From assembly GCA_963822575.1 (NCBI GenBank), contig CAWGHZ010000006.1:16837-80836 (forward strand): DNA of 64,000 nucleotides. The letters run 5' to 3'. The DNA is from an uncultured Alphaproteobacteria bacterium (GTDB lineage: Bacteria > Pseudomonadota > Alphaproteobacteria > MPNO01 > DASWLB01). Position 1 is the stretch's first letter. Each line of letters starts with the position of its first letter. Of this stretch, positions 45,780-52,846 are shown in pieces. The translations under genes were made by a program, and so were the position numbers. The notes under the pieces were generated by a model that was not told the DNA's origin, searched no databases, and saw only the letters and a program-made list of their open reading frames with translations.

Positions 45780-45892
45780 GTCGCCTCGGTGTCGCGTGTG
45801 CGTCGCTTCTACGTCGCTCGATGTCGCCTCAAGGTAACCCGAATGTCGCCTCTATGTCGCCTCAAGGTAACCTGTATGTCACCCCAAGTCGC
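45780..45892. repeat. Array of nine GTCGC-core sites on an ~11-bp lattice, including a 33-bp tandem duplication
   Basis: GTCGC/GTCAC cores sit at 45780, 45791, 45802, 45813, 45823, 45845, 45856, 45878 and 45888 (spacings 11, 11, 11, 10, 22, 11, 22, 10). The unit atgtcgcctcaaggtaaccYgWatgtcRcc occurs twice in tandem. Confidence 0.75.
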
Positions 45893-46071
45893 CCCTGTTT
45901 CACGCCTCGTTGCCACGCAAGTCATTGATATTCAACGTATGTCTCCTGAAGCGAGACCTCCGGCGTCCAAAAAATCCAGGCGCCGATGCCGGGCAACGTG
46001 ACGCGCGATCTATAGAGGAATTTAGGCCTAATGTCAAGGCGGGCGCCCGCTCGACCCCGCCCCGCAAACGG

Positions 46072-46127
46072 GTCGGGCGGCGGTCCGTTAGAACCGCCGG
46101 CCGAGCGAATTGGTGGAGCAGAGGGGG
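46072..46127 (-). repeat. Direct repeat DR1: duplicate of the tRNA-Ala 3' end (17 nt) plus its downstream terminator hairpin (distal att-like site)
   Basis: gtcgggcggcggtccgttagaaccgccggccgagcgaattggtggagcagaggggg matches 47223..47278 at all but one of 56 positions. Confidence 0.85.
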
Positions 46128-46217
46128 CTTTCCACATTCAGGCCGACATTCCGTTTAAGCCCAATTCATAAGGCTTTCTTGCCATCAACTGCCAGTAACA
46201 GGTGCCAGTAATCTGCC

Positions 46218-46735
46218 CTACTTGACCGCGTTGGCTCCCACTTCGTCATCCTCCTCTTCTTCGCCCTCCACAATCTCCAGTTCCTGCACGATAGGCCGAG
46301 CGGCAGCCGCAAAGGCAGGCGCTTGCTTGAGCAACCATTCCCTCTGCGCTGGCCAGTTGCCTCGGTCCTGGCATTTCTCGGTCCCAGGCATGTATAGGGC
46401 GACGCGAGATGCTTTAGTGCCTGGAAGTTCCTCCCACGACAGCGGGTGCCCAAGTGCGCTCTCAAGCTGGTCCCGCCTCTCAAGCAGGGCCTTGAACCCC
46501 GCCTTTGCCAGGGGCCGGAGATGTAGATTTCGAGCCTTAGGCTCTGCTCCCATGGAAATGTGGCGTTCAACGCGAAGCTAGGATTTCCGCCGCGCAACCG
46601 CTCGAAGGGTTGCCAGTTCCACCGATATGGTGTGCGCTCCGCCAGCGGGAGTGAAGTCCCTGGCCTCATCCGGCCACGCCTTCCGAACGGACACCGCTTC
46701 CAAGCGTGCGAGCGGGACCGCTGCCGCAGTGAGGT
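46218..46735 (-). pseudogene. DUF4268-type (NucS-like nuclease N-domain plus DUF4268) gene remnant with an internal deletion and frameshift
   Basis: The N-terminal signature ARLEAVSVRKAWPDEARDFTP (frame of ORF 46578..46955) is followed almost at once by C-terminal-domain sequence in two other frames (WQPFERLRGGNPSFALNATF; LHLRPLAKAGFKALLERRDQLESALGHPLSWEELPGTKASRVALY). Confidence 0.6.
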
Positions 46736-46957
46736 CGCCGTCGTCCAATCTGCCCCCGGTTCTTCGGTGGATTTTCGTCGGGATTATGCCCCGACCCTCC
46801 CGCGACCTCTCGAAAATCTTTAGAACGCTTCGGCGGGGTCTGACACCAATCAAGCACCCGGCGCGGCGACCGGGCCACCCGGTCCCCCGAAGTGCCCCTC
46901 GCGACACCGCCCGCGTCAGACCAGAACCGCAGCCTGCCCAAAGCGCATCGGGCATGG

Positions 46958-46992
46958 GTTCGTCAGAACCGCCGCCCGGGAATTGGTGGAGC
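46958..46992 (-). repeat. Direct repeat DR2: degenerate third copy of the tRNA-Ala terminator plus the last 9 nt of the tRNA
   Basis: gttcgtcagaaccgccgcccgggaattggtggagc aligns with the inner part of DR1 and DR3. Confidence 0.6.
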
Positions 46993-47012
46993 GTGACAAC
47001 TCGTGCGTGGCA

Positions 47013-47210
47013 CTATTTATACGAGAAGGGAGGTCGGCCCCCCTTGGCACGGGCAACTTGGTCAAGAACCCTGAGAAGCGCCCGCTTCTCGCGGGTGCGC
47101 GCAACGCCGGAATTCGGGCGCACGAAATCGCGGTCGCTGAGGCCCAGCTTGGCCTTCCTCTTGTCGAGGCGCCGCTCGTAGTCGCTCAGCTTTTCCGTCG
47201 CCATCGGCAT
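47013..47210 (-). CDS. Small hypothetical protein inside the island remnant
   Basis: A 65-aa product, MPMATEKLSDYERRLDKRKAKLGLSDRDFVRPNSGVARTREKRALLRVLDQVARAKGGRPPFSYK. Its composition is less GC-skewed than the surrounding artefact ORFs, but I recognise no family. Confidence 0.35.
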   Translation of the reverse strand: MPMATEKLSDYERRLDKRKAKLGLSDRDFVRPNSGVARTREKRALLRVLDQVARAKGGRPPFSYK

Positions 47211-47222
47211 CGCCCCAGACGC

Positions 47223-47278
47223 GTCGGGCGGCGGTCCGTTAGAACCGCCGCCCGAGCGAATTGGTGGAGCAGAGGGGG
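47223..47278 (-). repeat. Direct repeat DR3 (tRNA-proximal att-like site; overlaps the real tRNA 3' end)
   Basis: Counterpart of DR1. It covers the terminator hairpin GGGCGGCGGTtctaacGGACCGCCGCCC and the last 17 nt of tRNA-Ala. Confidence 0.85.
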
Positions 47279-47337
47279 ATCGAACCCCTGACCTCGACAT
47301 TGCGAACGTCGCGCTCTCCCAGCTGAGCTACTGCCCC
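47262..47337 (-). tRNA. tRNA-Ala (anticodon CGC)
   Basis: The reverse complement reads GGGGCAGTAGCTCAGCTGGGAGAGCGCGACGTTCGCAATGTCGAGGTCAGGGGTTCGATCCCCCTCTGCTCCACCA. It folds as a cloverleaf with the G3:U70 Ala identity pair, anticodon loop TTCGCAA, a T-loop GGTTCGATCC and an encoded CCA. Confidence 0.9.
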
Positions 47338-47407
47338 GTGAGGGCCGGGATATTGTGTGCCGGCCCCTTGCCTGTCAAGCGTCGGCGGCCGGCTTTCGTC
47401 TCAGCAT

Positions 47408-47471
47408 CCCGTTCGCCCTGGGTAGGCCGCGAAGCGGCCATATCGAAGGGCGATGGCGGCACGATCTCTCG
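47408..47471. repeat. Copy B of the ~60-nt conserved element (first copy at 13208..13266)
   Basis: cccgttcgccctgggtaggccgcgaagcggccatatcgaagggcgatggcggcacgatctctcg. It lies between the ABC permease stop (47531) and the 5' flank of tRNA-Ala. Confidence 0.6.
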
Positions 47472-47530
47472 GCCTCGGACGAGGCCTACTCAGGACGAAC
47501 GGCGAGGGGCGGTTCGGCCGCCTGCGCCTG

Positions 47531-48337
47531 TCAGATCGTCATGTCCTTGGCGACCGGGCGCCAGGCGAGCGAGCGGGCCTGCACCTTCTGCAGGGCAGCG
47601 TTCACCAGGATCACGAGGACGGTCACGATCACCGCGCCGGCCAGCACGCCCGTGGTGTCGTTGAGCGAGCGGGCGTTGTTGATGTACCAGCCGAGCCCCA
47701 AGTCGGCGGCGATGAACTCGCCGACCACGGCGCCCGAAAGCGCGCGCGGCAGCGCGATCTTGAGGCCGGAGAACAGGAACGGCTTCGTCGTGTTCCACAC
47801 GATCTCGCGGGTGATGGTCCACTGGTTGGCGCCGGCGACGCGCGCCATCGAGACGAGCCGCGGGTCGACCGCCATGATGCCGGCGAGGCCGTTGTAGAAC
47901 AGCAGGAAGAACACGATCGAGGCGACGAACACGACCTTGGTGGTGATGCCGATGCCGATCCACAGGATGAACAGCGGCCCGAGGGCCAGCTTGGGCACGC
48001 CGAACGCGGCCGAGATGAACGGGTCGAGCGCCGCCATCAGCCGCGGCGAAAGCCTGAGCAGGAACGGCAGGACCGCGCCGCCGACGCCGCCGATGATCAT
48101 GCCGGCCGCCGCCTCGTAGAACGTGACCAGCGTGTCGCGCGCCAGCTCGCCCGAGACGGCCATCTCCCAGATGCGCGCGACGGTCGCGACCGGGCCGGGC
48201 AGCCATTCGGCGCCCATCATGACGGAGCCCCACTGCCACACGGCGAGGCAGGCGATGCCGAGCGCGATCCGCCCGGCCGGGATCAAATGGCGCTTGGCCG
48301 AAATGCCGGGCAGGGTCCGGATGACGGCGGTGGTCAT
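47531..48337 (-). CDS. ABC transporter permease (NitT/TauT family), subunit 2
   Basis: Conserved part of ORF 47531..49054, starting at MTTAVIRTLPG (ATG 48337, overlapping the ATPase stop). Six TM segments, and an EAA-type loop in SMARVAGANQWTITREIVWNTTKPFLFSGLKIAL. Confidence 0.85.
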   Translation of the reverse strand: MTTAVIRTLPGISAKRHLIPAGRIALGIACLAVWQWGSVMMGAEWLPGPVATVARIWEMAVSGELARDTLVTFYEAAAGMIIGGVGGAVLPFLLRLSPRLMAALDPFISAAFGVPKLALGPLFILWIGIGITTKVVFVASIVFFLLFYNGLAGIMAVDPRLVSMARVAGANQWTITREIVWNTTKPFLFSGLKIALPRALSGAVVGEFIAADLGLGWYINNARSLNDTTGVLAGAVIVTVLVILVNAALQKVQARSLAWRPVAKDMTI

Positions 48338-49137
48338 TGGATTTCCCTTCGCACGGTCTCGAACATGTCGCCGAACCCCTCGAGCTTGTAGACGTTGCCG
48401 AGGTCGCGCGGCCTGGGGATGGTGATCCGATGCTCGCTGATGATCTTGGCTGGCGACTTGGACATGACCAGCACGCGGTCGCCCAGCGCGATCGCCTCGC
48501 CGATGTCGTGGGTGACGAAGACGATGGTCTTGCGCCCCTGGTTCCACAGCCGCAGCAGGTCCTGCTGGAGCTGGCCGCGGGTCTGGGCGTCGACCGCGCC
48601 GAACGGCTCGTCCATCAGGATGATCGGCGGGTCGTAGGCGAGCGTGCGGATCAACGAGGCGCGCTTGCGCATGCCGCCCGACAGCTCGTGCGGGTAGTAC
48701 TTCTCGAACCCCGTCAGGTTCACCGAACGCAACAGCGTCTGCACCCGGTCCATCGCCGCCGAGTCGAGCCGGCCCTGCACCTTGAGCGGGAAGGTGACGT
48801 TGTCGATCAGCGTGCGCCACGGCAGCAGATTGTCGTCCTGGGTGACGTAGCCGATCTGGCAGTTCCAGCCCGGATTGAGGGAGGCGCTTTGGCCCGTCTC
48901 GATCGTCTCGCCGCGGAACACGATGTCGCCGCCCGACGACCCGTCGACCTGGGCGATGATGTTGAGCAGCGTCGATTTGCCGGCGCCCGACGGGCCGACC
49001 ATGGTCAGGAACTCCTGGTCGGCGACGTGGAACGACAGGTCGGCGAGAATCCACGGCGCCTCGCCCTGGCCGGAACGCGGCGGGAAGCGCTTGGCGAGGC
49101 CTTTGACCTCGAGCATCGGTGTGGCGGCGGCGTTCAT
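48334..49137 (-). CDS. ABC transporter ATP-binding protein
   Basis: Walker A GPSGAGKST, signature LSGGMRKR, Walker B ILMDEPF and H-loop THD. The start MNAAATPMLEVKGL at 49137 overlaps the upstream permease stop. Confidence 0.9.
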   Translation of the reverse strand: MNAAATPMLEVKGLAKRFPPRSGQGEAPWILADLSFHVADQEFLTMVGPSGAGKSTLLNIIAQVDGSSGGDIVFRGETIETGQSASLNPGWNCQIGYVTQDDNLLPWRTLIDNVTFPLKVQGRLDSAAMDRVQTLLRSVNLTGFEKYYPHELSGGMRKRASLIRTLAYDPPIILMDEPFGAVDAQTRGQLQQDLLRLWNQGRKTIVFVTHDIGEAIALGDRVLVMSKSPAKIISEHRITIPRPRDLGNVYKLEGFGDMFETVRREIQ

Positions 49138-49913
49138 GCTCCCATGACCCTCGACGTCGGACCCTGTTGCGGCGGCCGCCAGCGCAGGAGCCAACGCTCG
49201 CCGCGGGCGACCAGGAGGTTCACCACGACGACGAGCAGCGTGAGCGTGGTGAGCGAAACGAACACGATGGTGGTGTCGAAATCGGTGGCGCCAGCGTTGA
49301 TCATGTAGCCGAGGCCGCGGTTCGACGAGATCAGCTCGCCCACCACCGCCGCGCCGATGGCGTAGGGCGCGGCGATGCGGAAGCCGGCGAAGGCATAGGG
49401 GATCGCGCCCGGCCACACGACGTGGCGCGCGATGTCGCGCTCGGACGCGCCGAACACGCGGGCGATCGAGACGAACTGCGCGTTGACCGCGTTCACCCCG
49501 GCGGTGGTCGAGAAGAACACCAGGAACGACACGATGGCCGCGACCAGGGCCACCTTGGGCTCGAGGTCGATGCCGAACCACAGGATGAACAAGGGCGCCA
49601 GCGCCAGCTTGGGCACGCCGTACCCGCCTGCCATGTAGGGGTCGAGGATGGCGCTCACCACGGGGTGGCGGCGCAACACGAAGGGCAGAAGCGCCCCCGG
49701 GATGCCGCCCACCAGGAAGCCGTAGAACGCCGCCTTCAACGTGTAGCCCATGTGGAAGAACAAATCGCCCGACAGGACCTCGTCCCACATGCGGGTGGTG
49801 ACCTTCCACGGGCTGGAGAACCAGATCGTCCCCCACTCCACGCTTGAAAGCTGCCAGGCGCCGATGACCAGTACCAGCACGATCAGCCGGTCGATGGCGA
49901 CCCGCTGGTTCAT
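49134..49913 (-). CDS. ABC transporter permease (NitT/TauT family), subunit 1
   Basis: MNQRVAIDRLIVLVLVIGAWQL..., with GGAGGA upstream of the ATG at 49913. EAA-type loop SIARVFGASERDIARHVVWPGAIPYAFAGFRIAA. Confidence 0.85.
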   Translation of the reverse strand: MNQRVAIDRLIVLVLVIGAWQLSSVEWGTIWFSSPWKVTTRMWDEVLSGDLFFHMGYTLKAAFYGFLVGGIPGALLPFVLRRHPVVSAILDPYMAGGYGVPKLALAPLFILWFGIDLEPKVALVAAIVSFLVFFSTTAGVNAVNAQFVSIARVFGASERDIARHVVWPGAIPYAFAGFRIAAPYAIGAAVVGELISSNRGLGYMINAGATDFDTTIVFVSLTTLTLLVVVVNLLVARGERWLLRWRPPQQGPTSRVMGA

Positions 49914-50062
49914 CGCATCCTCCACTCGCTCGCGACGCGCCCGCGGCGCACCGCCTCCCAACGTCCCCGGTCGCCCCCGGACACCCAGACGCGCCGCGAT
50001 TGCGCGGCTTTTGCGGCGATGATAGGGGCGTCGCGCCGGCCCGTCAACGGCGCGCGCGGCGC

Positions 50063-51079
50063 CTATTTGACGTACTTGTTGGTGTAGATCGAGTCGAACG
50101 ATTTCAGCTCTTGGCTCGGCTCGATCATCTGGCCGATCAGCATGAGCTGCTGGGCGTGCTGCATGCCGCGCACGTCGGTCTTCATCGTGTCGGGCGTCCA
50201 GCGCCGCGTGGTCTCGAACGCGTCGTCGAACGTGGCCGGGTCCATGTGCGGGATGCGCGTCTTGAGGATCGCGGCCGCCTCCTTCGGGTTCGCCTTGAGG
50301 AAGCGCATCGCCTCCTCATAGCCGGCGACCATGGTCTCGCAGGTCTTGGGGCGCTTGTCGCACGTGTCGGGCCGGGCCGTGATGCCGTTGAGCGCGAACG
50401 GCAACATCTCGGGGAAGTCGCCGGCGTTGCCCGACGACAGCATCGCCGCCGAGCCGTTGTGGATCGCGATGGTCGAGTAGGGCAGCACCTGGGCCATCGC
50501 GCCGATGTCCCTGGTCTTGAGCGCGGCGATCTCGGCCTGCTGCGACATGAAGGACAGGGTGAAGTCGCGCTCCGGGTCGATGCCGCCCTTCGAGGCGAAG
50601 TAGCGCAAATAGGCGTGCACGATGGTGTTGGGCGCGAGCATGCCGATTTTGAGGCCCTTGAGGGCGGCGGCGCGCTGGGCGAGCGGCGATTTGATGGTGA
50701 TGCCCTTCGCCTCGGCGATGTCCTTGCGCAGCACCAGCTCGACCGCCGTGCCTTCGAACGCCTGGCCGATCGCCATGATCCTGCGGCCGCGGATGTTGGC
50801 GCGGATCACCGACGGCATCGACGAGATCGAGAACTCGACGCTGCCCGACAGCACCGCGTTCATCGCGCCGATGCCGGTGATGACCGGCGATTTGACCTCG
50901 AGCCCGCGCCGGGTCCAGAACCCCTTGTCCTGGGCGATGTAGACCGGCGCGAAGGCGAAGGTGATCGCCGGAAGCGCGATGGTGGCGTGGTCGGTCTCGG
51001 CCGCGGCCGGTCGGGCGACGCCGAGGGCGAGGGCGAACGCCAGCGCCGCGGCGGCGCTGCGGGCACGCACGGGGTTCAT
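50063..51079 (-). CDS. ABC transporter substrate-binding protein, NMT1/THI5-like (tandem paralogue B)
   Basis: Signal peptide MNPVRARSAAAALAFALALGVARPAAA. Collinear similarity to the 51109..52131 product (ALPAIxxxFAPxYIA..GxWxxRGL...). Confidence 0.85.
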   Translation of the reverse strand: MNPVRARSAAAALAFALALGVARPAAAETDHATIALPAITFAFAPVYIAQDKGFWTRRGLEVKSPVITGIGAMNAVLSGSVEFSISSMPSVIRANIRGRRIMAIGQAFEGTAVELVLRKDIAEAKGITIKSPLAQRAAALKGLKIGMLAPNTIVHAYLRYFASKGGIDPERDFTLSFMSQQAEIAALKTRDIGAMAQVLPYSTIAIHNGSAAMLSSGNAGDFPEMLPFALNGITARPDTCDKRPKTCETMVAGYEEAMRFLKANPKEAAAILKTRIPHMDPATFDDAFETTRRWTPDTMKTDVRGMQHAQQLMLIGQMIEPSQELKSFDSIYTNKYVK

Positions 51080-51108
51080 GGTCTGGGTCCCTCTCAGGGG
51101 TCAGGCGG

Positions 51109-52131
51109 TCAGGGTACGAACTTGTTGGTGTAGATCTTCTCGAACGAGGCGAGCTTCTCCGACGGGCGGATCATGTGGCCCTCGATCATCACCTGCTGCG
51201 CGCGGGCGAACTTGGCGTCGTCCATGCGCGGCGTCCTGGGGATCCACTTGAGCAGCAGGTCGAACGATTTCTGGAACACGTCGGGCGCCATCCCGCGGAT
51301 GCGCTTCTGCAGGATCGCCACCGCCTCCTTCGGGTGGGCGTGCAGGAAGGCGAGCCCGTCGGCGATGCCGGCCACCATGCGCTGGCAATAGCTGGGCTTC
51401 TTTTCGCATTCGGCGGGCGTCGCCATCACGCCGTTGAGCGCGATGGGCAGGAGCTCGGGGAAGTCGCCGTTGCCGTCGGCGCCGCCGCGCAGCCCGCTGG
51501 ACAGCAGCATACCGAACCCGCCATCGACCGCCTGGATCGGCTGGGGCAGCGTGCCGGCGAAGGCGCCGATCGCGCCCGACTTGAGCGCGGCGAGCGCCGC
51601 CGGCGGCTGCATCGCGGCGATCTGGAAGTCGCGCTCGGGATCGAGCCCGCCCTTGCGCGCGAGCATGCGCAGATATGCGTGCGGCAGGGTGTTCGGCCCG
51701 CCGAGCGCGACCTTGAGCCCCTTGAGGAGCGCCGCGCGCTTCTCGATCGGGGAGTCGGGCGTGACGTGGGCCGCGTCGGCGATCTTCTTCGAAACCACGA
51801 CCTCCTCGATCAGCCCGTCATAGGTGTGGGCGATCTCGATCACCTTGCGGCCGCGGATGTTGGCGCGGATGATGGTCATGCCGGACGAGACGGAGAAGTC
51901 GGCGCTGCCCGCCAGCACGGCGTTCATCGAGCCGATGCCGGTGATCTCGACAATCTTCATGTCGAGGCCGCGCTTCGACCAGTAGCCCTCGTGCTCGGCG
52001 ATATAGGCGGGCGCGAAGCCCATGTTGATCGCGGGCAAGGCAAGGACGGCGTCGTCCGCCGCGGACGCGCCTCCGACCAGTCCCATACTCGTCACGAGGC
52101 CGAGCGCCAACGCCGTGGTGACACGCTTCAT
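51109..52131 (-). CDS. ABC transporter substrate-binding protein, NMT1/THI5-like (tandem paralogue A)
   Basis: Conserved part of ORF 51109..52536, starting at MKRVTTALALGLVTSMGLVGGASA (ATG 52131, with GGAGAGGG upstream). Confidence 0.85.
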   Translation of the reverse strand: MKRVTTALALGLVTSMGLVGGASAADDAVLALPAINMGFAPAYIAEHEGYWSKRGLDMKIVEITGIGSMNAVLAGSADFSVSSGMTIIRANIRGRKVIEIAHTYDGLIEEVVVSKKIADAAHVTPDSPIEKRAALLKGLKVALGGPNTLPHAYLRMLARKGGLDPERDFQIAAMQPPAALAALKSGAIGAFAGTLPQPIQAVDGGFGMLLSSGLRGGADGNGDFPELLPIALNGVMATPAECEKKPSYCQRMVAGIADGLAFLHAHPKEAVAILQKRIRGMAPDVFQKSFDLLLKWIPRTPRMDDAKFARAQQVMIEGHMIRPSEKLASFEKIYTNKFVP

Positions 52132-52348
52132 CGTTTCCCTCTCCGGTTGGACGGCGGCCCCGACGCGGCCGGCCCTTGGTGAAAAAGGATAGGCAGGCGC
52201 CCGCCGCCGCGTCAATCGGCCGCGGACCGCAACGTGCCGACGGCGCGCCCCGTACCGATCACGACCACGTGTGTTGAAGGCCGGCACGGCGCTCCCAGAT
52301 GACCGGCAGGGCCCGCGTCGGAAGCGGCTCAGATGGGGATAGCAGGCC

Positions 52349-52672
52349 GTGCTTAATGTTCGCGTATTGGTGCTCGTGGCGGTTTTCGTCGTCGGTGGAA
52401 TGGGCGTGGCCCGGGCCGACTGGTTCGGCATGGTCACGGAGCCCGACCATGTCCAGCTCCTCGCCGAGGTCTCCGACGACCAGCAGATCATGCCGGGCAA
52501 GCCGTTCGTCGCCCATGTCACCCGGCTCGACGGCAAGGTCCAAACGACGACCTACGTTCCGGTCGGGGTGACGGTGATCGGCGACGCCATCAACGTGATC
52601 GCGCAGGACGGGACCGGCAACCGGCTGACACTTTCCCTGATCCGCCGGCCGAACCATCACACGGAAAGCTGA
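52349..52672 (+). CDS. Small secreted hypothetical protein
   Basis: A 107-aa ORF with a plausible signal peptide (LNVRVLVLVAVFVVGGMGVARA/DW). GTG start. I recognise no family. Confidence 0.4.
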   Translation: MLNVRVLVLVAVFVVGGMGVARADWFGMVTEPDHVQLLAEVSDDQQIMPGKPFVAHVTRLDGKVQTTTYVPVGVTVIGDAINVIAQDGTGNRLTLSLIRRPNHHTES

Positions 52673-52846
52673 AGGGGCGCGGCTCGAGCCGTCAGTAGCC
52701 GGCTTCGCGCCCGTGCGGCACGGCCAGAACGACGACCGTCTCGCCATCGTGGCGATACATGGCGACGTAGCCGTGCTCCTCGGCCGTCACGTGCTGTCCT
52801 GTCGCCTGAAACGCGTCCCAGGCGGCCAGTGCATCCCGCGCCGATG

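Larger units (their letters stand above)
46128..47222 (-). mobile_element. Degraded integrative-element remnant(s) at the 3' end of tRNA-Ala
   Basis: Bounded by DR1 and DR3, with a third, shorter copy (DR2) inside. G+C is visibly lower here. It contains only a broken DUF4268-type gene and one small ORF. No integrase is present. Confidence 0.6.

Noticed and set aside
45780-45892. Possible CRISPR array
   Set aside because: The repeat units are only ~11 nt long with no unique spacers between them, and there are no cas genes. This is not a CRISPR architecture.
45789-46001. A 70-aa ORF with the repeated peptide MSPLCRLKVT / CRLKVTRMSP
   Set aside because: The peptide repeat only mirrors the 33-bp DNA tandem repeat of the iteron array. 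There is no RBS and no family resemblance.
46128-47222. Intact prophage or integrative conjugative element at tRNA-Ala
   Set aside because: Only ~1.1 kb lies between the att-like repeats, and there are no integrase, excisionase, capsid or transfer genes. I treat it as a scar, not an active element.
52132-52348. TPP (THI-box) riboswitch upstream of the NMT1/THI5-like binding-protein genes
   Set aside because: I could not find the conserved CUGAGA ... ACCUGAUCUGGAUAAUGCCAGCG core on either strand, here or upstream of the other SBP genes.
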